Assembly: GCF_001457615.1 (NCBI RefSeq)
Contig: NZ_LN831024.1
Coordinates: forward strand, 3,480,001 to 3,512,000
Reading direction: 5' to 3'
Length of the DNA: 32,000 bases
DNA from: Pseudomonas aeruginosa
GTDB taxonomy: Bacteria > Pseudomonadota > Gammaproteobacteria > Pseudomonadales > Pseudomonadaceae
The position numbers and the translations under genes were made by a program. The notes under the pieces were generated by a model. The model was given only the letters and a program-made list of their open reading frames with translations. It did no database searches and was not told the DNA's origin. Positions 9,637 through 18,033 of this stretch are shown here, piece by piece (positions within the stretch are counted from its first letter, which is position 1; each line of letters begins with the position of its first letter).

Positions 9637-10464
9637 CTAGACCCTGGGCCAACGGTAGCGGATCAGCCGGCCCATCCGCCGCAGGAAGGCGAAGCCGTTG
9701 TAGATCGGCAGCATCAGCCGCGACGACTGCGGCAGCTTGGCGACGTCCTGCGGGTCATAGTCGGTGACCTCCTCGATGAAACGCAGGGCCGGATGCCACC
9801 GCTCGAGTTCGCGCGGGTCGTCGATGCTCCAATGCACCTGCGCCCCGGTCTCGCGCAGCGGCGGATACAGGCGCAGCAGCATGATGCCGAGGCGGCCGTA
9901 GCCGTCGAACAGCAGCTCGCCGCTACCCAGGTGGTCGACCAGGCGTTCCACCAGGCGTCGCACCTGGGACTCCCGCAGGTAAGGCATCAGCCCCTCGGCC
10001 AGGACCAGGGCGGGCCGCTCGCGCGGCACCCCTTGCAGCCAGCCGTCGTCGTCCACCGAGTGGCGCAGCGCCCGATAGGCGCCGGCGCGCGGCGGGTAGA
10101 GCCGCTCGCGCAGGTCCATGACTTCCGGATAGTCGAGGTCGAACCAGGGCAGCTCGGCCGGCGGGTCGACCCGGTAGATACGGCTGTCCAGGCCGCAACC
10201 GAGGTTGAGCACCTGCCCCTCGGGATGGTGGTCGAGGAACTCGCGGCAGGCCTGGTCGAAGTAATGCGAGCGCATGGCCAGGGCCCGTTCGTTGCCCTTG
10301 CCGAGGGCGACCCTGGAGAAGTCGAAGTCGATCTGCCGCACCGCCTCCTCGGCGAAACGGTCATGGAGGATGGAATCGTCCAGGCGGCTATCCAGCGCCT
10401 TGGCGTAGAGGGTGATCAGGAGCGTCTGCTTTTCTCCGGTGAGGGTAATGCGGTGGCCGGGCAT
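9637..10464 (-). CDS. Class I SAM-dependent methyltransferase, leucine carboxyl methyltransferase (Ppm1/Tcmp) family
   Basis: LITLYAKALDSRLDDSILHDRFAEEAVRQIDFDF...VLNLGCGLDSRIYRVDPPAELPWFDLDYPEVMDLRERL; typical small-molecule O-methyltransferase family motifs. Confidence 0.85.
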   Translation of the reverse strand: MPGHRITLTGEKQTLLITLYAKALDSRLDDSILHDRFAEEAVRQIDFDFSRVALGKGNERALAMRSHYFDQACREFLDHHPEGQVLNLGCGLDSRIYRVDPPAELPWFDLDYPEVMDLRERLYPPRAGAYRALRHSVDDDGWLQGVPRERPALVLAEGLMPYLRESQVRRLVERLVDHLGSGELLFDGYGRLGIMLLRLYPPLRETGAQVHWSIDDPRELERWHPALRFIEEVTDYDPQDVAKLPQSSRLMLPIYNGFAFLRRMGRLIRYRWPRV

Positions 10465-10549
10465 GAAAACCTCCTGCGGGCACGCGTGCCTCTTCAGTCC
10501 TTGCCGAAAACATCGCTATGCTTCGGCAATGATTGCCCTGGAGTCACGA

Positions 10550-11437
10550 ATGAAAGCCAACTCCGATGAACTGCAAAGCTTCGTCAGTGTAGTCGACAGC
10601 GGTTCCATCAGCGCCGCCGCGGAACAGATGGGACTGACCGCCTCGGCCGTCAGCCGGACCCTCTCGCGCCTCGAGCACAAGCTCGGCACCACCCTGCTCA
10701 ACCGCACCACCCGGCGCATGGAGCTGACCGAGGAAGGCCGCTACTTCCTCGACCAGGCACGGCAGATCCTGCAGCAGATGGAGGCGCTCGAGGAACGCCT
10801 GGCCCTGCGCCGGCAGAGCCCCGCCGGGCGCCTGCGGATCAACGCCGCCTCGCCCTTCATGCTGCACGCGGTGGTGCCGCACATCGGCGAGTTCCGCCGG
10901 CTGTACCCGGACATCCAGCTCGAACTCAACACCAACGACCTGATCATCGACCTGTTGGAGCAACGCACCGACGTGGCGATCCGCATCGGCGCGCTCAGCG
11001 ACTCCACCCTGCACGCGCGCCCGCTGGGCGCCAGCCGCCTGCACATCCTCGCCAGCCCGGAGTACCTGGCCCGCCACGGCACGCCGGCGAGCATCGAGGG
11101 GCTGCGAGGGCACACCCTGCTCGGCTTCACCCAGCCCGAGCACCTCAACCGCTGGCCGGTGGTGCACGCCGACGGCGATCGCCTGGAGATCCAGCCGGAT
11201 ATCTCTGCCTCCAGCGGCGAGACGCTCCGCCAACTGGCCCTGAGCCACCAGGGCATCGCCTGCCTGGCCAGCTTCATGACCGACCGCGATATCCAGGACG
11301 GGCGCCTGGTGCCGCTGTTCGCCGAACAGATGAGCGAATACCGGCAACCGATCCACGCCGTCTACTATCGCAACTCGCAACTGGCGCTGCGCATCCAGTG
11401 CTTCCTCGACTTCATCCAGCAGCGCCTGGGCGCCTGA
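10550..11437 (+). CDS. LysR family transcriptional regulator
   Basis: MKANSDELQSFVSVVDSGSISAAAEQMGLTASAVSRTLSRLEHKLGTTLLNRTTRRMELTEEG; LysR HTH and substrate-binding domain. Start chosen at MKANSD. Confidence 0.93.
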   Translation: MKANSDELQSFVSVVDSGSISAAAEQMGLTASAVSRTLSRLEHKLGTTLLNRTTRRMELTEEGRYFLDQARQILQQMEALEERLALRRQSPAGRLRINAASPFMLHAVVPHIGEFRRLYPDIQLELNTNDLIIDLLEQRTDVAIRIGALSDSTLHARPLGASRLHILASPEYLARHGTPASIEGLRGHTLLGFTQPEHLNRWPVVHADGDRLEIQPDISASSGETLRQLALSHQGIACLASFMTDRDIQDGRLVPLFAEQMSEYRQPIHAVYYRNSQLALRIQCFLDFIQQRLGA

Positions 11438-11445
11438 GACCGACC

Positions 11446-12273
11446 GTGAACGAATCCCTCGATTTCTCGCCCTACCTCGAGCGCTGGGCGTTGCAACCCG
11501 ACGGCGAGCCCTTCGCCACCCACAGCAGCCGCCTGCTGCCGGTGCGCCATCGCGGCGCAGCGGCGATGCTGAAGATATCCAGTGCCGAAGAAGAGCGTTT
11601 CGGCCACGTACTGCTCAACTGGTGGGACGGCCAGGGCGCGGCCAGGGTGCTGGCCTACGACCACCAGGCGCTGCTGATGGAGCGTGCCACCGGCGGGCGC
11701 TCGCTGCTGGAGATGGTCAGGCGCGGCGACGACGACGAGGCTACGCGTATCCTCTGCCAGGCCATCGAACGCATCCATGCCCCGCGCCCGGGTCCGTTGC
11801 CGGAACTGACCCCGCTGGAGCGCTGGTTCGACTCGCTGTATGCCGCCGAGCGCCGCTACGGCGGGCTCTACGTCGACTGCGCGAATGCCGCCCGCTACCT
11901 GCTGGAGACCGCTCGCGAACAGCGCCCGCTGCATGGCGACATCCACCACGGCAATGTGCTCGACTTCGGCGAGCGCGGCTGGCAAGTCATCGACCCCAAG
12001 CGGCTCTACGGCGAGCGCGGCTACGACTACGCCAACCTGTTCACCAATCCCGACGCGAAGACCGCCCAGGCGCCCGGCCGTTTCGAGCGCCAGCTGGAGA
12101 TCGTAATCGCCGCCAGCGGCCTGCAGCGCCGCCGCCTGCTGCAATGGATCCTGGCCTGGACCGGACTCTCGGCGGCCTGGTTCGACGAGGACGGCAGCCG
12201 CGAGGAGACCGAAGCCGAGCTGGCCATCGCCCGCCTGGCCCTGGCAAACCTCGCTCGAACGCCTGCGCAATGA
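11446..12273 (+). CDS. Aminoglycoside 6-phosphotransferase (streptomycin kinase)/hydroxyurea kinase-like protein
   Basis: GTG start at 11446 ([17 protein letters not shown]...). Kinase motifs [39 protein letters not shown] match the APH(6) family catalytic and metal-binding loops. Confidence 0.85.
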   Translation: MNESLDFSPYLERWALQPDGEPFATHSSRLLPVRHRGAAAMLKISSAEEERFGHVLLNWWDGQGAARVLAYDHQALLMERATGGRSLLEMVRRGDDDEATRILCQAIERIHAPRPGPLPELTPLERWFDSLYAAERRYGGLYVDCANAARYLLETAREQRPLHGDIHHGNVLDFGERGWQVIDPKRLYGERGYDYANLFTNPDAKTAQAPGRFERQLEIVIAASGLQRRRLLQWILAWTGLSAAWFDEDGSREETEAELAIARLALANLARTPAQ

Positions 12274-12388
12274 ACTGTGCGGCGGCTCCCGCGCTCCAAC
12301 GCGAGGCACTGTTCCGCCGCCGCGATCCGGTGTCAAATACACACCCCGCCAAGATGGCGGTGCCCACCACCCAGTAAGGAAACCCAAG

Positions 12389-13312
12389 ATGGCCGGAGCC
12401 AGCCTCCTCACCCTCCTCGACGATATTGCCGCGGTGCTCGACGACGTCTCGCTGATGACCAAGGTCGCCGCGAAGAAGACCGCCGGTGTCCTCGGCGACG
12501 ACCTGGCCCTCAACGCCCAGCAGGTCACCGGGGTCAACGCCGACCGCGAACTGCCGGTGGTCTGGGCGGTAGCCAAGGGCTCGCTGCGGAACAAGGCGAT
12601 CCTCGTCCCCGCCGCGCTGTTGATCAGCGCCTTCGCGCCCTGGGCGGTGATCCCGCTGCTGATGCTCGGTGGCGCCTACCTGTGCTTCGAAGGCTTCGAG
12701 AAGATCGCCCACAAATACCTGCCCCATGACGACGAGCACGCCGACGAGGCAGCGCTGGCGGCCAATGTCGACGTGGCCGCCCTGGAAAAGCAGAAGATCG
12801 GCGGCGCGATCCGTACCGACTTCATCCTCTCCGCGGAAATCATCGCCATCACCCTGGGTACCGTCGCCGAGTCCAGCTTCACCACCCAGGTACTGGTGCT
12901 GGTCGGCATCGCCCTGGTGATGACCATCGGCGTCTACGGCCTGGTCGCCGGCATCGTCAAGCTGGACGACGCCGGCCTCTACCTGTCCAGGCGCGACAGC
13001 GGCTTTGCCCAAGGGCTCGGCGGCGCCATCCTGCGCACCGCGCCATACCTGATGAAAGGCCTGTCGGTGGTCGGCATGGCGGCGATGTTCATGGTCGGCG
13101 GCGGCATCCTCACCCACGGTATCCCGGTGGTCCACCACGCCATCGAACAGGCCGCGCAGAGCGTCGCCGGCATCGCCACGCTGGGCCCGCTGCTGGCGGC
13201 GATCACCCCGACCCTGCTGAACTTCCTGTTCGGCATCGTCGCCGGCGCCGTGGTCCTGGCGGGGGTGCTGCTGGTCAAGCGCCTGCTGCCGAAGAAGAAA
13301 AAGACTGGCTGA
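12389..13312 (+). CDS. DUF808 (YedI-like) multi-pass membrane protein
   Basis: [80 protein letters not shown], characteristic DUF808 N-terminus. Confidence 0.9.
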   Translation: MAGASLLTLLDDIAAVLDDVSLMTKVAAKKTAGVLGDDLALNAQQVTGVNADRELPVVWAVAKGSLRNKAILVPAALLISAFAPWAVIPLLMLGGAYLCFEGFEKIAHKYLPHDDEHADEAALAANVDVAALEKQKIGGAIRTDFILSAEIIAITLGTVAESSFTTQVLVLVGIALVMTIGVYGLVAGIVKLDDAGLYLSRRDSGFAQGLGGAILRTAPYLMKGLSVVGMAAMFMVGGGILTHGIPVVHHAIEQAAQSVAGIATLGPLLAAITPTLLNFLFGIVAGAVVLAGVLLVKRLLPKKKKTG

Positions 13313-13446
13313 GCCTGCCATCGCCGGCAGCGCCATCGCGGAGGGCGGATAGCCGCCCTGGCGCACATCCCACGAAGCGGTTGTGCGCCCTGCCCCGGAA
13401 GTCCTCCTCCGTTTCAATTCAATAATTTTGCACTGTAATAGCAACA

Positions 13447-13467
13447 TTATTCGTTGGAGACGAATAA
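13447..13467. promoter_or_regulatory. Perfect 8-bp inverted repeat in the ccoN3 upstream region
   Basis: TTATTCGT-TGGAG-ACGAATAA; perfect arms with a 5-nt spacer. Confidence 0.5.
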
Positions 13468-13658
13468 AGCTCCCCTCCTAGAATGGCCACCAGTGCCATG
13501 AGCCGTCTGTTCCGAGCCTTCCAGACGAAGATCCGACCTCCGCACTCCATCGACCCGGCAACGGGATACCCAGAAAAATACCGATAACCCAACGAGGACC
13601 CGAGGGTCGCGCCTGCTCGCCAGCCGGCCGGACCCCGGGGCCCGGCGTGCCAGCGACC

Positions 13659-15101
13659 ATGAACGATACGGATAGCAGAAAAGATCCGGACGGCTACAAC
13701 TACGACGTCGTCCGCCAGTTCACCCTGATGACCCTGGTCTGGGGCATCCTCGGCATGGGCCTGGGGGTGTTCATCGCCGCCCAACTGGTCTGGCCGGCGC
13801 TCAACCTCGACCTGCCCTGGACCAGCTTCGGCCGCATCCGCCCGATCCACACCAGCCTGGTGATCTTCGCCTTCGGCGGCAGCGCGTTGTTCGCCACCTC
13901 CTTCTACGTGGTGCAGCGCACCAGCGGCGTGCGGCTGATCTCCGATGCCCTGGCGCGCTTCGTGTTCTGGGGCTGGCAGGCGGCGATCGTGGGGATGATC
14001 GTCAGCTACCCGCTGGGCTATACCACCTCCAAGGAATACGCCGAGATGGAATGGCCGCTGGCGCTGTGGATGGCGATCGTCTGGGTGGTCTATGCCTACC
14101 TGTTCTTCGGCACCATCGCCCGTCGCAAGGTGAAGCACATCTACGTCGGCAACTGGTTCTACGGCGCCTTCATCATCGTCACCGCGATGGTCCATATCGT
14201 GAACCATGCATTGCTGCCGGTGAGCCTGGGCAAGTCCTACTCGGCCTATTCCGGCGCCACCGACGCGATGATCCAGTGGTGGTACGGGCACAGTGTGGTC
14301 GGCTTCATCCTCTCGGTCGGCTTCCTCGGCATGATGTACTACTTCGTGCCCAAGCAGGCCGGGCGACCGATCTACTCCTATCGCCTGTCCATCGTGCATT
14401 TCTGGGCGATCATCTCGATCTACATCTGGGCCGGTCCGCACCACCTGCACTACACCGCGCTGCCGGACTGGGCGCAGTCGCTGGGCATGGTGATGTCGCT
14501 GATCCTCCTGGCACCGAGCTGGGGCGGCATGATCAACGGCATGATGACCCTCTCCGGCGCCTGGCATAAGCTGCGCACCGACCCGATCCTGCGCTTCCTG
14601 GTGGTGTCCCTGGCCTTCTACGGCATGTCCACCTTCGAAGGCCCGATGATGGCGATCAAGACGGTCAACTCGCTGTCCCACTACACCGACTGGACCATCG
14701 GCCATGTCCACGCCGGCGCCCTCGGCTGGGTGGCGATGATCTCCATCGGCACGCTCTACCACATGATCCCGAAACTCTGGGGCCGCGAGCGGATGCACAG
14801 CGTCGGCCTGATCAACGCGCACTTCTGGCTGGCCACCATCGGCACCGTGCTGTACATCGCCTCGATGTGGGTCAACGGCATCACCCAGGGCCTGATGTGG
14901 CGGGCGGTCAACGAGGACGGCACGCTCACCTACTCGTTCGTCGAGGCGCTGGTGGCCAGCCATCCGGGCTACGTGGTGCGCCTGCTCGGCGGCGCCACCT
15001 TCGCCAGCGGCATGCTGCTGATGGCCTACAACACCTGGCGGACCCTGCGCAGCGCGCAGGACCAGCGGCAGCCGGTCCTGGCGGCCGGCCAGGGGGCCTG
15101 A
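13659..15101 (+). CDS. ccoN3: cbb3-type cytochrome c oxidase catalytic subunit, orphan CcoN3
   Basis: 480 aa, with [125 protein letters not shown] and [16 protein letters not shown]. Not followed by ccoO or ccoP. Confidence 0.92.
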   Translation: MNDTDSRKDPDGYNYDVVRQFTLMTLVWGILGMGLGVFIAAQLVWPALNLDLPWTSFGRIRPIHTSLVIFAFGGSALFATSFYVVQRTSGVRLISDALARFVFWGWQAAIVGMIVSYPLGYTTSKEYAEMEWPLALWMAIVWVVYAYLFFGTIARRKVKHIYVGNWFYGAFIIVTAMVHIVNHALLPVSLGKSYSAYSGATDAMIQWWYGHSVVGFILSVGFLGMMYYFVPKQAGRPIYSYRLSIVHFWAIISIYIWAGPHHLHYTALPDWAQSLGMVMSLILLAPSWGGMINGMMTLSGAWHKLRTDPILRFLVVSLAFYGMSTFEGPMMAIKTVNSLSHYTDWTIGHVHAGALGWVAMISIGTLYHMIPKLWGRERMHSVGLINAHFWLATIGTVLYIASMWVNGITQGLMWRAVNEDGTLTYSFVEALVASHPGYVVRLLGGATFASGMLLMAYNTWRTLRSAQDQRQPVLAAGQGA

Positions 15102-15103
15102 AC

Positions 15104-15325
15104 ATGCTGTTGTCCCTGCTGTGCCTCTCCACCCTGGCGCTCGGCCTCGCCCTCAGGCTCGCCGGCAGTACCCGCGAGGAACGCGAACAGGCCGCCCTGC
15201 TGCCATTCGCCGACGATCCCGAGGCCGCCCGCCGGGTCGCCCGGGATACCGGCAAGATCTGCCGGCAGGTGGTCCGCCCCCTCGAGGAATCCCGCGAGGC
15301 CGCCGGCCCGCCGTTCCTCGCCTGA
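15104..15325 (+). CDS. ccoQ3: Small CcoQ-like subunit accompanying CcoN3
   Basis: 73-aa ORF MLLSLLCLSTLALGLALRLAGSTREEREQAALLPFADDPEAARRVARDTGKICRQVVRPLEESREAAGPPFLA, one TM helix, starts 2 bp after the ccoN3 stop. Confidence 0.75.
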   Translation: MLLSLLCLSTLALGLALRLAGSTREEREQAALLPFADDPEAARRVARDTGKICRQVVRPLEESREAAGPPFLA

Positions 15326-15375
15326 ACCGACTCCATCATCCAGGGATGGATGCCTCCAGCACGAAAGTGCCTTAC

Positions 15376-15400
15376 GGGGCCGGCAACGGCCCCTTTCTTT
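15376..15400 (+). terminator. Rho-independent terminator after ccoN3-ccoQ3
   Basis: GGGGCCG-GCAA-CGGCCCC followed by TTTCTTT. Confidence 0.8.
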
Positions 15401-15416
15401 CGCTTCGAAGAGTTCC

Positions 15417-16574
15417 ATGAACGACTCCCCCAGCACCGCCGTACGCACCTGGCTGAAAGGCTTCCGCCCCCTGACCCTGAACGCTCGACCGCGCGACTGC
15501 CTGCGCGCCGGACTCGGTGCCTGCATCGGCGCGCTCGCCGCGGTATTCGCCTGCCAGGCGTTGTTCGGCAGCGAACTGGCGCTGCGCCTGGCAGCGCCGC
15601 TCGGCGCATCCGCCGTACTACTGTTCGCCCTCGCCTCCAGCCCCCTGGCGCAACCCTGGTCGATGCTCGGCGGCAACCTGGTCGCCGCCCTGGCCGGCGG
15701 CCTCAGCGCCTATTGGTTCGGACACGATCTGGCCCCGGCCCTGGTCGGCATGGCCCTCGGCATGCTGCTGATGTTCGCCCTGCGCTGCCTGCATCCGCCG
15801 AGCTGCGCGCTGGCCCTGAGCGTGGCCCTCAACCCGTCCCTGAGCGAACTCGGCATCGACGTGGTCTGGCCGATCCTGCTCTCCACCCTGGTGCTGATCG
15901 GCTGCGCGCTGCTCTACAACAACCTGATGCGCTCTCCCTACCCGCGCCCCTACCAGTCGCCGCGGGCCAATCTCCATGGCACCCGCGACCTGGCGCCGAG
16001 CGCGCGTACGGACTTCTCCGCCCGGGACCTGGACCAGGCGCTGCAGGACTTCGGCGAATACGTCGACATCACCCGCGACGATCTCGAGCGACTGATCCAC
16101 CATACCGAGCGTTACGCCTTGCGCCGGCGCATGGGCGAGCTGACCGCGGCACGGATCATGTCCCGCGACGTGCAGACCGCCAGCACCGAGACCTTCATCG
16201 ACGACGCCTGGAAGCAGTTGCAGGAACACCGTCTGAAGGCCCTGCCGGTGCTCGACGAGCATCGGCGGCTGGCCGGCATCGTCACCCAGAGCGACCTGCT
16301 CAAGCACTTCCGCCCCGACGGCAGCCCGTTCAAGCGCCTGCGCTTCCTGCGCGGGACCAAGCTGAAGACGATCATGACCACCCCGGTGGTCTGCGTACAG
16401 GCCGACACCCACGCCGTCGAACTGGTCTCGCTGCTATCCGACGAAGGCCTGCACTGCCTGCCGGTGCTCAACGAGGCCGGCTACCTGGTCGGCATCGTCA
16501 GCCAGACCGACCTGATCGCCGCGCTCTACCGCAACTGGCTGCAGCACCTGGGCCAGGCCGATCAGATCACGTAG
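15417..16574 (+). CDS. HPP family membrane protein with C-terminal tandem CBS domains
   Basis: N-terminus LRAGLGACIGALAAVFACQALFGSELALRLAAPLGASAVLLFALASSPLAQPWSMLGGNLVAALAG is typical HPP; C-terminus has CBS pairs (IMSRDVQTASTETFIDDAWKQLQEHRLKALPVLDEHRRLAGIVTQSDLL and IMTTPVVCVQADTHAVELVSLLSDEGLHCLPVLNEAGYLVGIVSQTDLIAAL). Confidence 0.88.
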   Translation: MNDSPSTAVRTWLKGFRPLTLNARPRDCLRAGLGACIGALAAVFACQALFGSELALRLAAPLGASAVLLFALASSPLAQPWSMLGGNLVAALAGGLSAYWFGHDLAPALVGMALGMLLMFALRCLHPPSCALALSVALNPSLSELGIDVVWPILLSTLVLIGCALLYNNLMRSPYPRPYQSPRANLHGTRDLAPSARTDFSARDLDQALQDFGEYVDITRDDLERLIHHTERYALRRRMGELTAARIMSRDVQTASTETFIDDAWKQLQEHRLKALPVLDEHRRLAGIVTQSDLLKHFRPDGSPFKRLRFLRGTKLKTIMTTPVVCVQADTHAVELVSLLSDEGLHCLPVLNEAGYLVGIVSQTDLIAALYRNWLQHLGQADQIT

Positions 16575-17425
16575 TCCCAGCGCTGCGACCAGTCGCTGTC
16601 CTCGCGGACCACTTCGCGCAGCAACTGGAACGCATGGCGCAGGGTCGGCGACAGGCGCTCGCGGGAGTACACCAGGTAGGTCGGGTAGGCGAACTCCGGC
16701 GCCTGCTCGACCCGTTGCAGGGTGCCGCCATCCAGGTAGCTGCTCACCACCCGGGTACGGAAATAACCGCTGCCGCCGTTCTGCATGATGTACTGCAGGG
16801 CCAGCGGACCGAGGTTGCAGGCTAGCGCGGCCTTGGCCCGGTCCGGCAGCGCGGCATCGTGCTGGCTGCGGAAATCCGGGCCCCAGTCGACATACAGATA
16901 AGGCTCCGCGGATAGCACGGAACGCACCATCACCAGCTTTTCCTCCAGCAACTGCTCGACCTGCAGCCCCGGCCAGTATTCCGGCTGGTAGACCAGCGCG
17001 GCATCCAGCGCGCCCTGCTCCAGTTGCTTGAGCAGGTCGGCGCCCTGGCCGATCTCGACCCGCACGGCGTGGCCGGGAATCGCCTCGCGCAGGCGCCGCA
17101 TCCAGTTCAGCAGCAACGGATTGCACAGGCTGACCTCGCCACCGAGGTTGAGCAGGTTGCGGAAGCCGTCCGGCAGCGGCAGGTCGCGTCGCGCCGCATC
17201 CCAGGTCTGCACCAGTTGGCTGGCGTAGCCGAGGAAGTGCTCGCCGTCGGCGGTCAGGCGCGCGCCCGCGCGGTTGCGCACGAACAGCCGGCAGCCGAGT
17301 TGCCCTTCGAGGTTCTGGATGCGCGCGGTGACGGCGGTCTGGGTCAGGTGCAGGCGTTCCGCGGCAGCGACGAAGCTACCGCTGCGTGCGATCTCCAGGA
17401 AGGTACGGGCGAGGTCGATATCCAT
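16562..17425 (-). CDS. LysR family transcriptional regulator
   Basis: Start chosen at MDIDLARTFLEIARSGSFVAAAERLHLTQTAVTARIQNLEGQLGCRLFVRNRAGARLTADGEHFL; LysR HTH and effector domain. Confidence 0.93.
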   Translation of the reverse strand: MDIDLARTFLEIARSGSFVAAAERLHLTQTAVTARIQNLEGQLGCRLFVRNRAGARLTADGEHFLGYASQLVQTWDAARRDLPLPDGFRNLLNLGGEVSLCNPLLLNWMRRLREAIPGHAVRVEIGQGADLLKQLEQGALDAALVYQPEYWPGLQVEQLLEEKLVMVRSVLSAEPYLYVDWGPDFRSQHDAALPDRAKAALACNLGPLALQYIMQNGGSGYFRTRVVSSYLDGGTLQRVEQAPEFAYPTYLVYSRERLSPTLRHAFQLLREVVREDSDWSQRWDYVI

Positions 17426-17709
17426 GCGAAGCGGTCCGCGGCCACAGGTGGGCCGCCATTCTAGGCTGTGCAGGCGCGGGCGGCGAGCGCAAGGCGGCCT
17501 GGCCGCCCTCCTGGAAATCTGCGACAAAACACCGCGCCTAGCCGCTTCGGCACGCTAAAACCCTTCGAAAAAGCGACAACCTGTTGCACAAACGCGCCAC
17601 GCCGTGACTTTTTCGCTTTCGAAAGCATCAGTTAGCGTGACCGAACACGGTGGAGCCGGGAAGCGCCACCCATGTTCCACACAGACATGAACGAGAGAGA
17701 CCGACTCCC

Positions 17710-17985
17710 ATGAACGCTACGCTCCGTTTCAACGAGGCTTTGCTGATCACCGGGCGCGCCTTCCAGCCATACCAGTGCGTTGCCTGGTCCGAGCTAGGCA
17801 GTGACGGCGGCCTGAGCCTGTCCGTAGTCGATCGCACCGGCACCCGCCTGCTGGGCCGTGCGCGCATTCCGAGCTCCGCCTACTCCGATCCGGAGCAGCT
17901 TGCCGGCCTGCTGCAACAGGCACGCGAAGAACTCAGCCACAACGGCTACAACCTGCAGGACTGGAGTATGCCCAGCCAAGGCTGA
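17710..17985 (+). CDS. Small hypothetical protein (91 aa)
   Basis: MNATLRFNEALLITGRAFQPYQCVAWSELGSDGGLSLSVVDRTGTRLLGRARIPSSAYSDPEQLAGLLQQAREELSHNGYNLQDWSMPSQG; followed by a strong terminator. Confidence 0.75.
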   Translation: MNATLRFNEALLITGRAFQPYQCVAWSELGSDGGLSLSVVDRTGTRLLGRARIPSSAYSDPEQLAGLLQQAREELSHNGYNLQDWSMPSQG

Positions 17986-18001
17986 GCCGCTCCATACGAC
18001 G

Positions 18002-18025
18002 AAAGGCGCCCATGGGCGCCTTTTT
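18002..18025 (+). terminator. Rho-independent terminator, possibly bidirectional
   Basis: AAAGGCGCC-CATG-GGCGCCTTT followed by TT and then CGTTT; sits between convergent genes. Confidence 0.88.
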
Positions 18026-18033
18026 CGTTTCCT

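Noticed and set aside
13417-13470. Anr/Dnr box in the ccoN3 promoter
   Set aside because: The AT-rich patch contains TTCAATTCAATAATTTTGC but no TTGAT-N4-ATCAA-like palindrome of convincing quality.
13419-14963. Minus-strand ORF of 514 aa opposite ccoN3
   Set aside because: Opposite strand encodes unmistakable CcoN; this one is His/Asp-rich shadow sequence.
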